From NCBI GenBank assembly GCA_965658285.1, contig CBFHRT010000001.1, positions 1 through 46,814 on the forward strand: a stretch of DNA of 46,814 nucleotides, in the 5' to 3' direction. The notes under the pieces are model-generated. The model saw only the letters and a program-made list of their open reading frames with translations. It ran no database searches and was not told the DNA's origin. The DNA is from Candidatus Puniceispirillaceae bacterium. Lineage in GTDB: Bacteria; Pseudomonadota; Alphaproteobacteria; Puniceispirillales; Puniceispirillaceae. Both the position numbers and the translations under genes were made by a program. Shown here piece after piece: positions 29,289 to 38,870 of the stretch. Position 1 is the stretch's first letter. Each line of letters starts with the position of its first letter.

Positions 29289-30464
29289 ATGGGCCATCTT
29301 TTCACCTCTGAATCGGTTTCGGAGGGGCATCCCGACAAGCTGTGTGACCGCGTATCGGACACCGTCCTCGACCTGTTTCTGGCCGAAGAGGCGGAAGCAC
29401 GTGTCGCCTGTGAAACCTTTGCCACAACCAACCGGGTGATCATTGGCGGCGAGGTTCGTGCCTCAAAGGACAAGCTTGCCGGCATTCTGGCATCGATCGA
29501 GGGTGCGGTCCGCGGCGCCGTTGCCGATATCGGCTATGAGCAGAAAGAGTTTCACCACGCGCATTTCGAATTCCAGAACTATCTTCATGAGCAATCGAGC
29601 GACATCGCGATGGGTGTCGATGAAGGTGATGCCAAGGATGAAGGTGCGGGCGATCAGGGCCTGATGTTCGGTTATGCCTGCCGCGAGACCGATGTTCTGA
29701 TGCCGGCGGCGATCCATTATTCGCACCAGATCCTCAAGCGACTTGCCGAAATTCGCAAGGCAGACGCCGATTCCATTCTGGGGCCTGATTCAAAAAGCCA
29801 GATCACACTTGCTTATGATGATGATGGTCGTCCGCTTGGCGCGCACAAGATCGTGCTGTCGACCCAGCATGCCGCCGCTGCCAGTCAGGATGACATCCGC
29901 CGGCTGGTCACGCCGGTGATTGCCGATATCCTGCCCGATGGCTGGATGGTTGGCGCCGAGGATCTGCTGGTCAACCCGACCGGCAATTTTGTCATCGGCG
30001 GCCCTGATGGTGATGCCGGTCTGACCGGCCGCAAGATCATTGTCGACACCTATGGCGGCGCGGCGCCACATGGCGGCGGTGCCTTTTCGGGCAAGGACCC
30101 GACAAAGGTCGACCGTTCGGCCGCCTATGCGGCGCGCTATCTTGCCAAGAATGTTGTTGCCGCCGGCCTTGCTGAGCGGTGTACCATTCAGCTTGCCTAC
30201 GCCATCGGTGTGGCGCAGCCGGTGTCGGTCTATGCGGACACGCATGGAACAGGCACCGTGGCTGATTCGCAGCTTGAAGAGGCGCTGACAGGCGCGATGC
30301 CGCTGACGCCGCGCAACATTCGCAATCATCTTGGCCTGAACAGGCCGATTTATGCACCAACCGCCGCCTATGGTCATTTTGGCCGGACCGCTGGCGAGGC
30401 TGGCGAAGGCACCTTCAGCTGGGAAGCTGTCGATCTTGCCGACAAGCTGGCCGCGTCGGTCTGA
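29289..30464 (+). CDS. metK: S-adenosylmethionine synthetase
   Basis: [49 protein letters not shown]. Confidence 0.98.
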   Translation: MGHLFTSESVSEGHPDKLCDRVSDTVLDLFLAEEAEARVACETFATTNRVIIGGEVRASKDKLAGILASIEGAVRGAVADIGYEQKEFHHAHFEFQNYLHEQSSDIAMGVDEGDAKDEGAGDQGLMFGYACRETDVLMPAAIHYSHQILKRLAEIRKADADSILGPDSKSQITLAYDDDGRPLGAHKIVLSTQHAAAASQDDIRRLVTPVIADILPDGWMVGAEDLLVNPTGNFVIGGPDGDAGLTGRKIIVDTYGGAAPHGGGAFSGKDPTKVDRSAAYAARYLAKNVVAAGLAERCTIQLAYAIGVAQPVSVYADTHGTGTVADSQLEEALTGAMPLTPRNIRNHLGLNRPIYAPTAAYGHFGRTAGEAGEGTFSWEAVDLADKLAASV

Positions 30465-30493
30465 TAGCAGACCACAGGTCCGGCAGCATTGCG

Positions 30494-31219
30494 ATGACAA
30501 GGCCCGGCAGTGACAAGCATCATTCCTGCGGGCCGCATTTTTACGGGCGCCGCAAGGGGCGAAAGCTTCGCACCACTATGCAGGGGCTGCTTGACGAGCA
30601 GCTCCCGCTGCTGCGCTATGACGCGGCAAAGACGCCCTCGGCACAGTTTGGCGCACAGTTCGGCGGGCAGTCTGGCGGCCAGCCTTGCGACATCTTTCTT
30701 GAGATTGGCTTTGGCGGCGGCGAGAATCTGGCATCCATCGCGGCTGCCCGTCCGGACGCCGGCTTCATCGGTGCCGAGCCCTTTATTAATGGTGTTGCCA
30801 GCCTGCTCCGTCACATCGAGGATCGGGGTCTGTCCAATATCCGCATCTGGGATGATGATGTGCGTCTGATCCTGGGCGGCATGCCGGATGCGTGCCTTGC
30901 CGGTGCCTATGTGCTGTTCCCCGATCCCTGGCCAAAGCGTCGCCATGCGGCGCGGCGGATTCTCGCGCCGGCGGTGCTGGATGAACTGGCGCGGCTGGTC
31001 CGCCCGGAAGGCAGCCTTGTTCTGGCAAGTGATCATCCGGTGGCAAAATCCTGGCTTCTTCAAGCGGCCTGCTCGCACCCCGATTTCCGGTGGACCGCGC
31101 GCCGTCCGGAAGAATGGCGCACCCGCCCACAGGCGCTGGTGCCGACGCGATACATGAAAAAGGCGGAACGCGAGGCCCGCATCCCGAACTGGTTCCTGTT
31201 CGAGCGTCGATGTGGTTGA
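30494..31219 (+). CDS. trmB: tRNA (guanine-N7)-methyltransferase
   Basis: YGRRKGRKL, LEIGFGGGE, FPDPWPKRRH, TRY..KA. Confidence 0.93.
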   Translation: MTRPGSDKHHSCGPHFYGRRKGRKLRTTMQGLLDEQLPLLRYDAAKTPSAQFGAQFGGQSGGQPCDIFLEIGFGGGENLASIAAARPDAGFIGAEPFINGVASLLRHIEDRGLSNIRIWDDDVRLILGGMPDACLAGAYVLFPDPWPKRRHAARRILAPAVLDELARLVRPEGSLVLASDHPVAKSWLLQAACSHPDFRWTARRPEEWRTRPQALVPTRYMKKAEREARIPNWFLFERRCG

Positions 31220-31309
31220 GCCGGCGTTCCTGCCCGGGGCCGCTTCGGCCTTGCCTTGCTGCCGGCAACCATCTATATACAGTGCAACAACATACTGTCG
31301 CTTCAGATG

Positions 31310-31332
31310 GTGGGCCGCTGGCCCACTTTTTT
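31310..31332 (+). promoter_or_regulatory. rimP-leader attenuator-like hairpin
   Basis: GTGGGCC-GCT-GGCCCAC-TTTTTT about 95 nt upstream of rimP, matching the short GTGGGC..GCCCAC-U-tail leader known before rimP-nusA-infB. A sigma70-like TTGCTG-N16-TACAGT lies at 31256-31283. Confidence 0.75.
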
Positions 31333-31375
31333 ATTGCCTGAAGACCAGTGACTTTATTGTCTGAGGAGCAGTCAC
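31330..31375. repeat. Degenerate 23-bp tandem duplication (19/23 identical)
   Basis: TTTATTGCCTGAAGACCAGTGAC / TTTATTGTCTGAGGAGCAGTCAC. Confidence 0.85.
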
Positions 31376-31427
31376 CGGCGATCCCGTCGGCTGGCAGTCC
31401 GGCAGATGGAAACGGAAAGATTGCAAC

Positions 31428-31919
31428 GTGGTCGAATCACGGGTCAGTCAGATCATTGAGGATGCGGTGGAAGATCTTGGCTTCCATCTCGTCAGGGTGC
31501 GGTATTCCGGGGTGAAAACCGGTCGCAGCCAGCTTCAGATCATGGCTGAACCGAAAGAGGACCGCGAGATGACGGTCGAGGATTGCGAGCAGCTTAGCCG
31601 GCATGTGGCGGCGCTGCTGGATGTCGATGATCCGATCTCCAGCGCCTATACGCTCGAGGTCAGTTCACCGGGCATCGACCGGCCGCTGACCCGTATGGCG
31701 GATTATGAGCGTTTTGCCGGTGAACTGGCAAAACTCACACTGCGTTTCATGCGTGACGGGCGCAAGCGGTTCAACGGGCGACTTGGTGGTCTCGACGAGG
31801 ATGGGAAGATCATCCTCGAAACCAGTTTTGGCAAATTCGCATTTGCCTTTGAGGAGATTGATTCCGCGCGGATCGATCCAACGGAAATTCTGGACCGTGA
31901 GGCGACCGCAAGGTCCTGA
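31428..31919 (+). CDS. rimP: Ribosome maturation factor RimP
   Basis: LQIMAE, VEDC..LSR, LDVDDPI..AYTLEVSSPGIDRPL. Confidence 0.95.
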   Translation: MVESRVSQIIEDAVEDLGFHLVRVRYSGVKTGRSQLQIMAEPKEDREMTVEDCEQLSRHVAALLDVDDPISSAYTLEVSSPGIDRPLTRMADYERFAGELAKLTLRFMRDGRKRFNGRLGGLDEDGKIILETSFGKFAFAFEEIDSARIDPTEILDREATARS

Positions 31920-31969
31920 ACGGCAACATCTGGACGTCCTGATGGACGCAACTGAGCAGGTAGAAAAAA

Positions 31970-33553
31970 ATGGATACATCATCGATCCCAGGGCTTGAGC
32001 TTATCCAGGTCGCCGATGTGGTGGCCCGCGAGAAATCGATCGATCGCGAAGAGGTCATGGTAGCAATGGAAGAGGCCATCCAGAAGGCGGGCCGTGCCAA
32101 ATACGGGCTGGATCGCGACATCCGCGCGATGATCGACCGGAAAAGCGGCGCCATCACCCTCGAACGCTGGATCGAGGTGGTCGAGGAGGTCGAGGATGAC
32201 GCCACGCAGATGAGCGTCGAGGAAGGTGCCAAACAGGCACCGCCGCTGGCGGTTGGTGAATTCTGGCGGCAATCGCTGCCGCCTATCGAGTTTGGCCGGA
32301 TCGCCGCGCAGACGGCAAAGCAGGTGATCTCGCAAAAGGTCCGCGATGCCGAGCGGGCGCGCCAGTATGAGGAATATAAGGACCGGGTTGGCGAGATCGT
32401 CGTCGGCACGGTGAAGCGCGCCGAAAGCTATTCGATCACCGTCGATCTTGGCCGCGCCGAGGCGGTGATCCGCCGTGAGGAGATGATCCCGCGCGAGAAT
32501 CTGCGTCAGGGCGACCGCGTACGCGCCTACATCATCGATGTCCGCGAGGAGCCGCGCGGCCCGCAGATTTTCCTGTCGCGCGCCTGCAATGAATTCATGG
32601 CCAAGCTGTTCACCCAGGAAGTGCCGGAAATCTATGACGGCATCATCGAGATCAAGGGCGTTGCCCGCGAGGCCGGAAGCCGCGCCAAGATCACCGTGCA
32701 GTCGAATGATCCCGGGATCGATCCGGTCGGTGCCTGTGTCGGCATGCGCGGCAGCCGGGTTCAGGCGGTGGTCGGTGAATTGCAGGGCGAGAAGGTCGAG
32801 ATCATTCCCTACACCGAGGACCCGGCCTCGTTTGTCGTCAATGCGCTGGCACCTGCTGAGGTGGCCAAGGTGGTGATGGATGAGGTGGCCAGCCGCATGG
32901 AGGTGGTCGTCCCGGATGATCAGCTCAGCCTTGCCATTGGCCGGCGCGGGCAGAATGTCCGCCTCGCCTCGCAGCTGTCCGGCTGGTATATCGACATCCT
33001 GACCGAGGCCGAGGAATCGGAGCGCCGGCAGGAGGAGTTCCGCACCCGTTCGGCGCGATTCATCGAGGCTCTGAACATCGATGACGTCATCGCGCATCTT
33101 CTTGTCGCCGAAGGCTTCGTTCTTCCCGAGGAGATCGCCGAAACCCCGATCGGGGAGCTGTCGACGATCCAGGGTTTTGATGAGTCGATTGCCGGGGAAC
33201 TGCAGGCTCGCGCCGTCGAGTTTGTCGAGCGTGAATCTCAGCGCATCAATGAGGCACTCGATACGCTGAAGGTGTCCGAAGACCTTCGCAATTTCGAATA
33301 TATCAGCCTCGGCATGATGCTGAAGCTTGCCGAGAGCGGCGTGGTCACGCTTGATGACCTGGCCGATCTCGACAGTGAAGAACTTGTCGGGATGCTGTCA
33401 GAGCACGGGCTGGAGGATGACACCGAGGCCGGTGACATCATCATGGCGGCCCGCGCCCACTGGTTCGATGACGAAGAGTCCGAAGCGGCCGAAATGCCGG
33501 CTGGTGACGCCGAGGCCGACGCCGATACCGGCGACGCGCCGGCGGCAAGCTAG
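31970..33553 (+). CDS. nusA: Transcription termination factor NusA
   Basis: FGRIAAQTAKQVI, S1 and KH domains, DPVGACVGMRGSRV, LSLAIGRRGQNVRLA. Confidence 0.98.
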   Translation: MDTSSIPGLELIQVADVVAREKSIDREEVMVAMEEAIQKAGRAKYGLDRDIRAMIDRKSGAITLERWIEVVEEVEDDATQMSVEEGAKQAPPLAVGEFWRQSLPPIEFGRIAAQTAKQVISQKVRDAERARQYEEYKDRVGEIVVGTVKRAESYSITVDLGRAEAVIRREEMIPRENLRQGDRVRAYIIDVREEPRGPQIFLSRACNEFMAKLFTQEVPEIYDGIIEIKGVAREAGSRAKITVQSNDPGIDPVGACVGMRGSRVQAVVGELQGEKVEIIPYTEDPASFVVNALAPAEVAKVVMDEVASRMEVVVPDDQLSLAIGRRGQNVRLASQLSGWYIDILTEAEESERRQEEFRTRSARFIEALNIDDVIAHLLVAEGFVLPEEIAETPIGELSTIQGFDESIAGELQARAVEFVERESQRINEALDTLKVSEDLRNFEYISLGMMLKLAESGVVTLDDLADLDSEELVGMLSEHGLEDDTEAGDIIMAARAHWFDDEESEAAEMPAGDAEADADTGDAPAAS

Positions 33554-33574
33554 CATCATGGTCCGGAGGAACGC

Positions 33575-34156
33575 ATGGCCGAGCGCACCTGCATCCTGTC
33601 CGGCAAGAGCCTGCCACGTGACCGGCTGATCCGGTTCGTTGCCGGCCCGGAGGGCCATGCTGTCGTCGATCTGGCGGAAAAACTGCCGGGTCGCGGCGCG
33701 TGGATCGAGCTGGACGCCGACAGCCTTCGGCGTGCCGATGACAGGAAGCTTCTGAACCGGCGCATCGGTGCCGGGTTTCAGGACGCTGAAAGCGACATCA
33801 CGCAGATTGCCGAGATGCTGCGGGCGCGGGCCATTGCCAGCGCCGGCATGGCGCGCCGCGCCGGCTGTCTTCTCGGCGGCGCCGGGAAGCTGGCTGCCGC
33901 CACCGATCGCTTCATCGGGTTGCTTGCCGCGCCGGATGCGTCCGAGCGGGAAATGCGGCGTCTGGGCTCGCGGCTGGATGTTGAATGGACGAGCCAGAGC
34001 CTCGCGGCCGAGGAACTTGGTCGGATCTTTGGCCGGGACAGTCTTGCCTTTGTCGGCATTCGTGCCGGCAGGGCACCAAAATTGGCGGAGACACTCCGCC
34101 TCGAGCTGACGCGCATGGAGGTCTTTTCTGTGTCTTCGGCTTGTCAGGCACGGTGA
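33575..34156 (+). CDS. YlxR/DUF448 RNA-binding protein with L7Ae-like C-terminal domain
   Basis: ERTC......LIRFV..P..KLPGRGAW; located between nusA and infB. Confidence 0.85.
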   Translation: MAERTCILSGKSLPRDRLIRFVAGPEGHAVVDLAEKLPGRGAWIELDADSLRRADDRKLLNRRIGAGFQDAESDITQIAEMLRARAIASAGMARRAGCLLGGAGKLAAATDRFIGLLAAPDASEREMRRLGSRLDVEWTSQSLAAEELGRIFGRDSLAFVGIRAGRAPKLAETLRLELTRMEVFSVSSACQAR

Positions 34157-34242
34157 TACCGGTGTATCACCGTGCGCATATGGGCGATGGGCCATGCGAC
34201 CCGCATTGCGGTGCATGTCGATCGTCAGGAAAGGGTTCGTAG

Positions 34243-36822
34243 ATGAGCGACGATAGCGGAAAATCCAAGAAGCTCAGCCTGTCCAGTGGTGGCAAGCTGA
34301 CACTTGGCGGAATCGAGGCGGGGACGTTGCGTGCCAATGCTGGCGGCGGCGGACGTCGCACCGTCCAGGTTGAGGTGCGCCGCAAGCGTGCGCCTGCCGC
34401 GCCGCATCGCGCCACAACGCCAAAGGCCGAACCCGTCGCCGCGCCACCGCAGGCGGCTCCGGCCGCGCCTGTTGAAGTCGCCGAGGATCGCCTGACGGCG
34501 CAGGAACGCGCCGCCCGTGTTCGCGCGCTGCAGGAAGGCATGAAGAAGCCAGAGGCCGTGCCGGGCGATGACGCGCCGGGCGAAGACATGGATGTGGCCG
34601 TGCCGGTAGAAGGCACCGATGTCGCCGCGCCGGCAGCCGAGGCACAGCCTGAAGCGCCTGCTGAGCCGCTTAGTCCGGCCGAGGCCCGCCGTGCCGCCGA
34701 ACTGGCTGAACTGAAGGAAATCGAAGCCGAGGAAGAGCGCCGCCGCGACGAAGAGGCGCGCAAACATTCCGAGGCCAACGCCCGTCGCGCTGCAGCGACG
34801 AATGTCGCCGCGCCGGCTGCGCCGTCTCCCTCCGCACCGTCACCAAATGACGGGCCCAGCCGCCGCCGCCGCCATGTCGAGGAAATTCCCTCGCGCCGGC
34901 CAGCTGCACCGCGCCGCGATGGCGCCGGCCGCAGGCAATCCGGAAAGATGACGATCACCCAGGCGCTGTCCGGAGATGAACAGCGGCGTCAGCGATCACT
35001 GGCCTCGGTTCGCCGCCAGCGTGAAAAGGCGCGGATGCGTGATGACCAGCCGCAGGTCAAGCAGGTTCGCGATGTTGTCGTTCCCGATACCATAACGGTG
35101 GCGGAATTCGCCAACCGGATGGCCGAGCGGACAGCCGATGTGGTCAAGGAGTTGATGAAGCTTGGCGTCATGGCGACGGCCGCGCAGACAATTGATGGCG
35201 AGACGGCCGAGCTTGTGGCCCAGGAATTCGGCCATCGCGTGCAGCGTGTATCCGAATCCGACGTCGAAATCGGGCTTGCGGGTGCCGAGGATGATGAGGC
35301 CAGCCTGAAGCCGCGTCCGCCGATCGTCACTGTGATGGGCCATGTCGACCACGGCAAGACAAGCCTTCTCGACGCGATCCGGCAGACTGATGTCGCGGCT
35401 GGTGAATCGGGGGGGATTACCCAGCATATCGGCGCCTATCAGATCAACACGCCGGCTGGCAACGCCATTACCTTCATCGACACGCCGGGTCACGAGGCTT
35501 TCACCGAAATGCGCTCGCGCGGGGCGAACATCACCGATATCGTCATTCTGGTCGTCGCGGCCGATGATTCGGTGATGCAGCAGACTGTCGAGGCGATCAA
35601 CCACGCCAAGGCTGCCGGCTGTCCGGTGATTGTCGCGGTGAACAAATGCGACAAGCCGGACGCCGATCCAAAGCGCGTCCGCAATGATCTTCTGCAGCAT
35701 GAAATCATCACCGAGGAATATGGCGGCGATGTGCTGTGTGTCGATGTGTCGGCGATCACCGGTCAGGGCCTCGACAAGCTCGAGGAAGCCATCATGCTTC
35801 AGGCCGAACTGCTGGAACTCACCGCCAATCCCGAACGCGCCGCCAGTGGTGTTGTGATCGAGGCGAAAGTCGAGCGTGGCCGCGGCTCTGTTGCCACACT
35901 TCTGGTCCAGAAGGGAACGCTGAAGCTTGGCGATATCTTTGTCATCGGCGCCGAGAGCGGCCGTGTCCGCGCGCTGCTTGATGACCGGGGCCAGAACCTG
36001 AAATCCGCCGCCCCCGGCCAGCCTGTCGAAATCCTCGGCCTGAACGGCACGCCGATGGCCGGTGACGATTGCGTTGTCGTCGAATCCGAGGCGCGGGCCC
36101 GTGAGATTGCCGAATATCGCACACGCCAGATCAAGGACCGCGAGGCGGCGCGTGGCGCGCGCGGCTCGGTCGAACAGATGCTGTCGGCGATTGCCGCCGG
36201 CGAGGCCGAGGAATTGCCGGTCGTCATCAAGACCGATGTTCACGGCTCGCTGGAAGCCATTCGTGTGGCGTTGGAAAAGCTTGGCACCGAGCAGGTGAAG
36301 GTGCGGATCCTGTCCGCCGGTGTTGGCGCGATCAGCGAATCCGATATTTCATTGTCCGCGGCATCGAATGCCATTGTCATTGCCTTCAATGTCCGTGCCA
36401 TCCCGCAGGCGCGCGACCTTGCGAAGCGTGACGGGGTCGAGATCCGCTATCATTCGATCATCTATGAGCTGATCGACGAGGTGAAATCGGCGATGGGCGG
36501 TCTGCTCAGCCCGGACACGCAGGAAGACTTCATCGGCTATGCCGAAATTCGCCAGGTGTTCGGCGTTTCCAAGATCGGCAAGGTTGCCGGCTGCATGGTG
36601 ACCGAAGGCATCATCAAGCGGGGCTGCAAGGTGCGCCTGCTTCGTGACAATGTCGTGATCCATGAAGGCTCGCTGAAAACGCTTCGGCGGTTCAAGGATG
36701 AGGTCAAGGAAGTCCGCGAGGGCTATGAATGTGGCATGGGTTTCGAGAATTACTCGGACATCCAGGAAAGCGACATGATCGAATGTTTCGAGCTTCGCGA
36801 AGTGGCCCGTACGCTCGACTGA
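34243..36822 (+). CDS. infB: Translation initiation factor IF-2
   Basis: [39 protein letters not shown]. Confidence 0.98.
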   Translation: MSDDSGKSKKLSLSSGGKLTLGGIEAGTLRANAGGGGRRTVQVEVRRKRAPAAPHRATTPKAEPVAAPPQAAPAAPVEVAEDRLTAQERAARVRALQEGMKKPEAVPGDDAPGEDMDVAVPVEGTDVAAPAAEAQPEAPAEPLSPAEARRAAELAELKEIEAEEERRRDEEARKHSEANARRAAATNVAAPAAPSPSAPSPNDGPSRRRRHVEEIPSRRPAAPRRDGAGRRQSGKMTITQALSGDEQRRQRSLASVRRQREKARMRDDQPQVKQVRDVVVPDTITVAEFANRMAERTADVVKELMKLGVMATAAQTIDGETAELVAQEFGHRVQRVSESDVEIGLAGAEDDEASLKPRPPIVTVMGHVDHGKTSLLDAIRQTDVAAGESGGITQHIGAYQINTPAGNAITFIDTPGHEAFTEMRSRGANITDIVILVVAADDSVMQQTVEAINHAKAAGCPVIVAVNKCDKPDADPKRVRNDLLQHEIITEEYGGDVLCVDVSAITGQGLDKLEEAIMLQAELLELTANPERAASGVVIEAKVERGRGSVATLLVQKGTLKLGDIFVIGAESGRVRALLDDRGQNLKSAAPGQPVEILGLNGTPMAGDDCVVVESEARAREIAEYRTRQIKDREAARGARGSVEQMLSAIAAGEAEELPVVIKTDVHGSLEAIRVALEKLGTEQVKVRILSAGVGAISESDISLSAASNAIVIAFNVRAIPQARDLAKRDGVEIRYHSIIYELIDEVKSAMGGLLSPDTQEDFIGYAEIRQVFGVSKIGKVAGCMVTEGIIKRGCKVRLLRDNVVIHEGSLKTLRRFKDEVKEVREGYECGMGFENYSDIQESDMIECFELREVARTLD

Positions 36823-36852
36823 TCCGTCGCTGTCCGCGACAATGAGGACATT

Positions 36853-37239
36853 ATGGCTGGAAAATCGAAGCGGGCCGCCGCCAATATGCCGTCGCAGCGC
36901 CAGCTCCGTATTGGTGAAATGCTGCGCCATGCGCTGTCGGAAATCCTGAGTCGCGACAATTTCTTCGATCCCGATCTCGACGGCGTATCGATCACCATTT
37001 CCGAGATTTCGGTCAGTCCCGACCTGTCGAATGCCCGTGTCTATACGATGCCGCTTGGCGGCGAGAACAGCGATACCGTGCTGCCGGCGTTGAATCGGCT
37101 GGCGCCGGTCCTGCAGCGCGATGTTGCAGGCCGGGTGCATTTGCGGCGTGTGCCGCGACTGAAATTCCTGCTTGATGACAGTTTTGAGAACGCGGCGCGG
37201 CTGAATATGGTCTTCAACAGCATCCGCGACGACGACTGA
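36853..37239 (+). CDS. rbfA: Ribosome-binding factor A
   Basis: SQRQLRIGE..RHAL, SPDL..A.VY, P.LKF..DDSF. Confidence 0.95.
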   Translation: MAGKSKRAAANMPSQRQLRIGEMLRHALSEILSRDNFFDPDLDGVSITISEISVSPDLSNARVYTMPLGGENSDTVLPALNRLAPVLQRDVAGRVHLRRVPRLKFLLDDSFENAARLNMVFNSIRDDD

Positions 37240-37250
37240 GATCGGGGCCG

Positions 37251-38189
37251 ATGGCGTCGCGGAAGGGCAACCCTGTCCATGGATGGGTGATTCTCGACAA
37301 GCCGGAGGGGCTCAGCTCGTCGCGCGCTGTCGGGATTGTGCGGCGCGTCTTCACCGCCGCCAAGGCGGGGCATGGCGGCACGCTGGACCCGCTGGCCAGC
37401 GGGATCCTGCCGATCGCGCTTGGCGAGGCGACAAAGACGGTGTCCTTCGCCATGCAGGGGGCAAAGTCCTACAGCTTCACATTGAGTTTCGGCGTCCAGA
37501 CAACAACCGATGACCGCGAGGGAAGCGCTGTCGCGACATCCGATGTCAGGCCGACGCGTGATGAGATTGCCGCGGTTCTGCCCCGCTTTACAGGCTGCAT
37601 CCAGCAGCGCCCACCCATTTTCTCGGCGATCAAGATCGACGGCGCGCGGGCCTATGACATTGCCCGCAAGGCGGTGGCGGACGGGCTCGACACGCTTCCC
37701 GAGCTAACGCCGCGTCCGGTTGAGATCGAGCGGCTGGCACTACAGGATGTCACCGATGACAGCGCCAGCTTTCTTGTCGTCTGCGGCAAGGGCACCTATA
37801 TCCGCTCGCTGGCCCGCGATATCGCGCTGGCACTTGGCAGCGCCGGACATGTCAGCCGCTTGCGGCGGCTGTCGGTGGGGCCCTTTTCCGAGGCGGACGC
37901 GATTTCGCTGGCTTTTTTGGAGGGGCTGGAGCATAGTTCCGCCGCTTTCGAGCATCTGAAGCCCGTTACGAGTGCGCTGGACGACATCCCGGCGCTTCCC
38001 GTATCGGCGGGTGAGGCGGCAAAACTCCGTCACGGTCAGACACTGCCGGCGCTTGGCCCTTCGGCCGTAGCGCGATTTCGGCAAGTGGCGGCGACCGGAA
38101 CCGGGGTGGCGTTGTCCGGCGATGATCCTGTGGCGCTTGTCACGGTCAGGGCCGGCCAGTTGCAACCGCTTCGCGTTTTCAATCTATGA
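37251..38189 (+). CDS. truB: tRNA pseudouridine(55) synthase
   Basis: KAGHGGTLDPLASG, PP.FSAIKIDG.RAY, CGKGTYIRSLARD. Confidence 0.97.
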   Translation: MASRKGNPVHGWVILDKPEGLSSSRAVGIVRRVFTAAKAGHGGTLDPLASGILPIALGEATKTVSFAMQGAKSYSFTLSFGVQTTTDDREGSAVATSDVRPTRDEIAAVLPRFTGCIQQRPPIFSAIKIDGARAYDIARKAVADGLDTLPELTPRPVEIERLALQDVTDDSASFLVVCGKGTYIRSLARDIALALGSAGHVSRLRRLSVGPFSEADAISLAFLEGLEHSSAAFEHLKPVTSALDDIPALPVSAGEAAKLRHGQTLPALGPSAVARFRQVAATGTGVALSGDDPVALVTVRAGQLQPLRVFNL

Positions 38190-38231
38190 CCTGTCGGCCC
38201 GGTGCCGTCAGGGAAACCAAAGGAGGTTTCG

Positions 38232-38501
38232 ATGTCGATTACAAGTGAACGCACGGCCGAACTGATCAAGGAATTCGGCAATTCGGAAACAGATTCGGGC
38301 TCGGCCGCCGTGCAGGTTGCCATCCTGACCGAACGGATCGTCAACCTGACCGAACATCTGAAGACACATAAGAAGGATTTCGGGTCGCGCCGGGGCCTGC
38401 TGTCGATGGTTGGCCAGCGCCGCAATCTTCTTGACTATATCAAGAAGGGTGACGAGGGCGCCTATAAGGATCTGATCGGCCGTCTTGGACTGCGTCGCTG
38501 A
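38232..38501 (+). CDS. rpsO: 30S ribosomal protein S15
   Basis: DSGS..VQVAILT.RI.NLTEH...HKKD..SRRGL..MVGQRR; AGGAGG RBS. Confidence 0.97.
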   Translation: MSITSERTAELIKEFGNSETDSGSAAVQVAILTERIVNLTEHLKTHKKDFGSRRGLLSMVGQRRNLLDYIKKGDEGAYKDLIGRLGLRR

Positions 38502-38537
38502 TCGCGTCGTATCCACAGACCACGGAAATCGAATATC

Positions 38538-38569
38538 AGGCCCGGTGGCGTTGCCAACCGGGCCTTTTT
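38538..38569 (+). terminator. Intrinsic terminator after rpsO
   Basis: AGGCCCGGT...ACCGGGCCT stem followed by a T run. Confidence 0.8.
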
Positions 38570-38870
38570 CATGGCCGGCATTTTGGCTGATATTTTGGCC
38601 GATATTTCTTGTTTGCTTTTTGGCCTGACGCATGTCACAACAGCGCCGAACAGGAGACCAGACAAAAACGCCGGGGCCCATAGATGATGGCGCGGGGGCC
38701 CATTAGACCGACACCGCGGACCGAGCGGCGGTCATTCCCCCAAGCACATCCACGGACCAATTTCCTGTTGCCGACGCGCGGCCACGAACGACTTGTCCAT
38801 GAACGGTTTGCGCGGCGGTCATGTCCGGTTAACGGGCCCGGCATTATGATGATGAAAGAGATACACAGAG

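Noticed and set aside
31220-31427. tRNA-fMet upstream of rimP, as in enterobacteria
   Set aside because: No cloverleaf or GTTCRA T-loop is visible.
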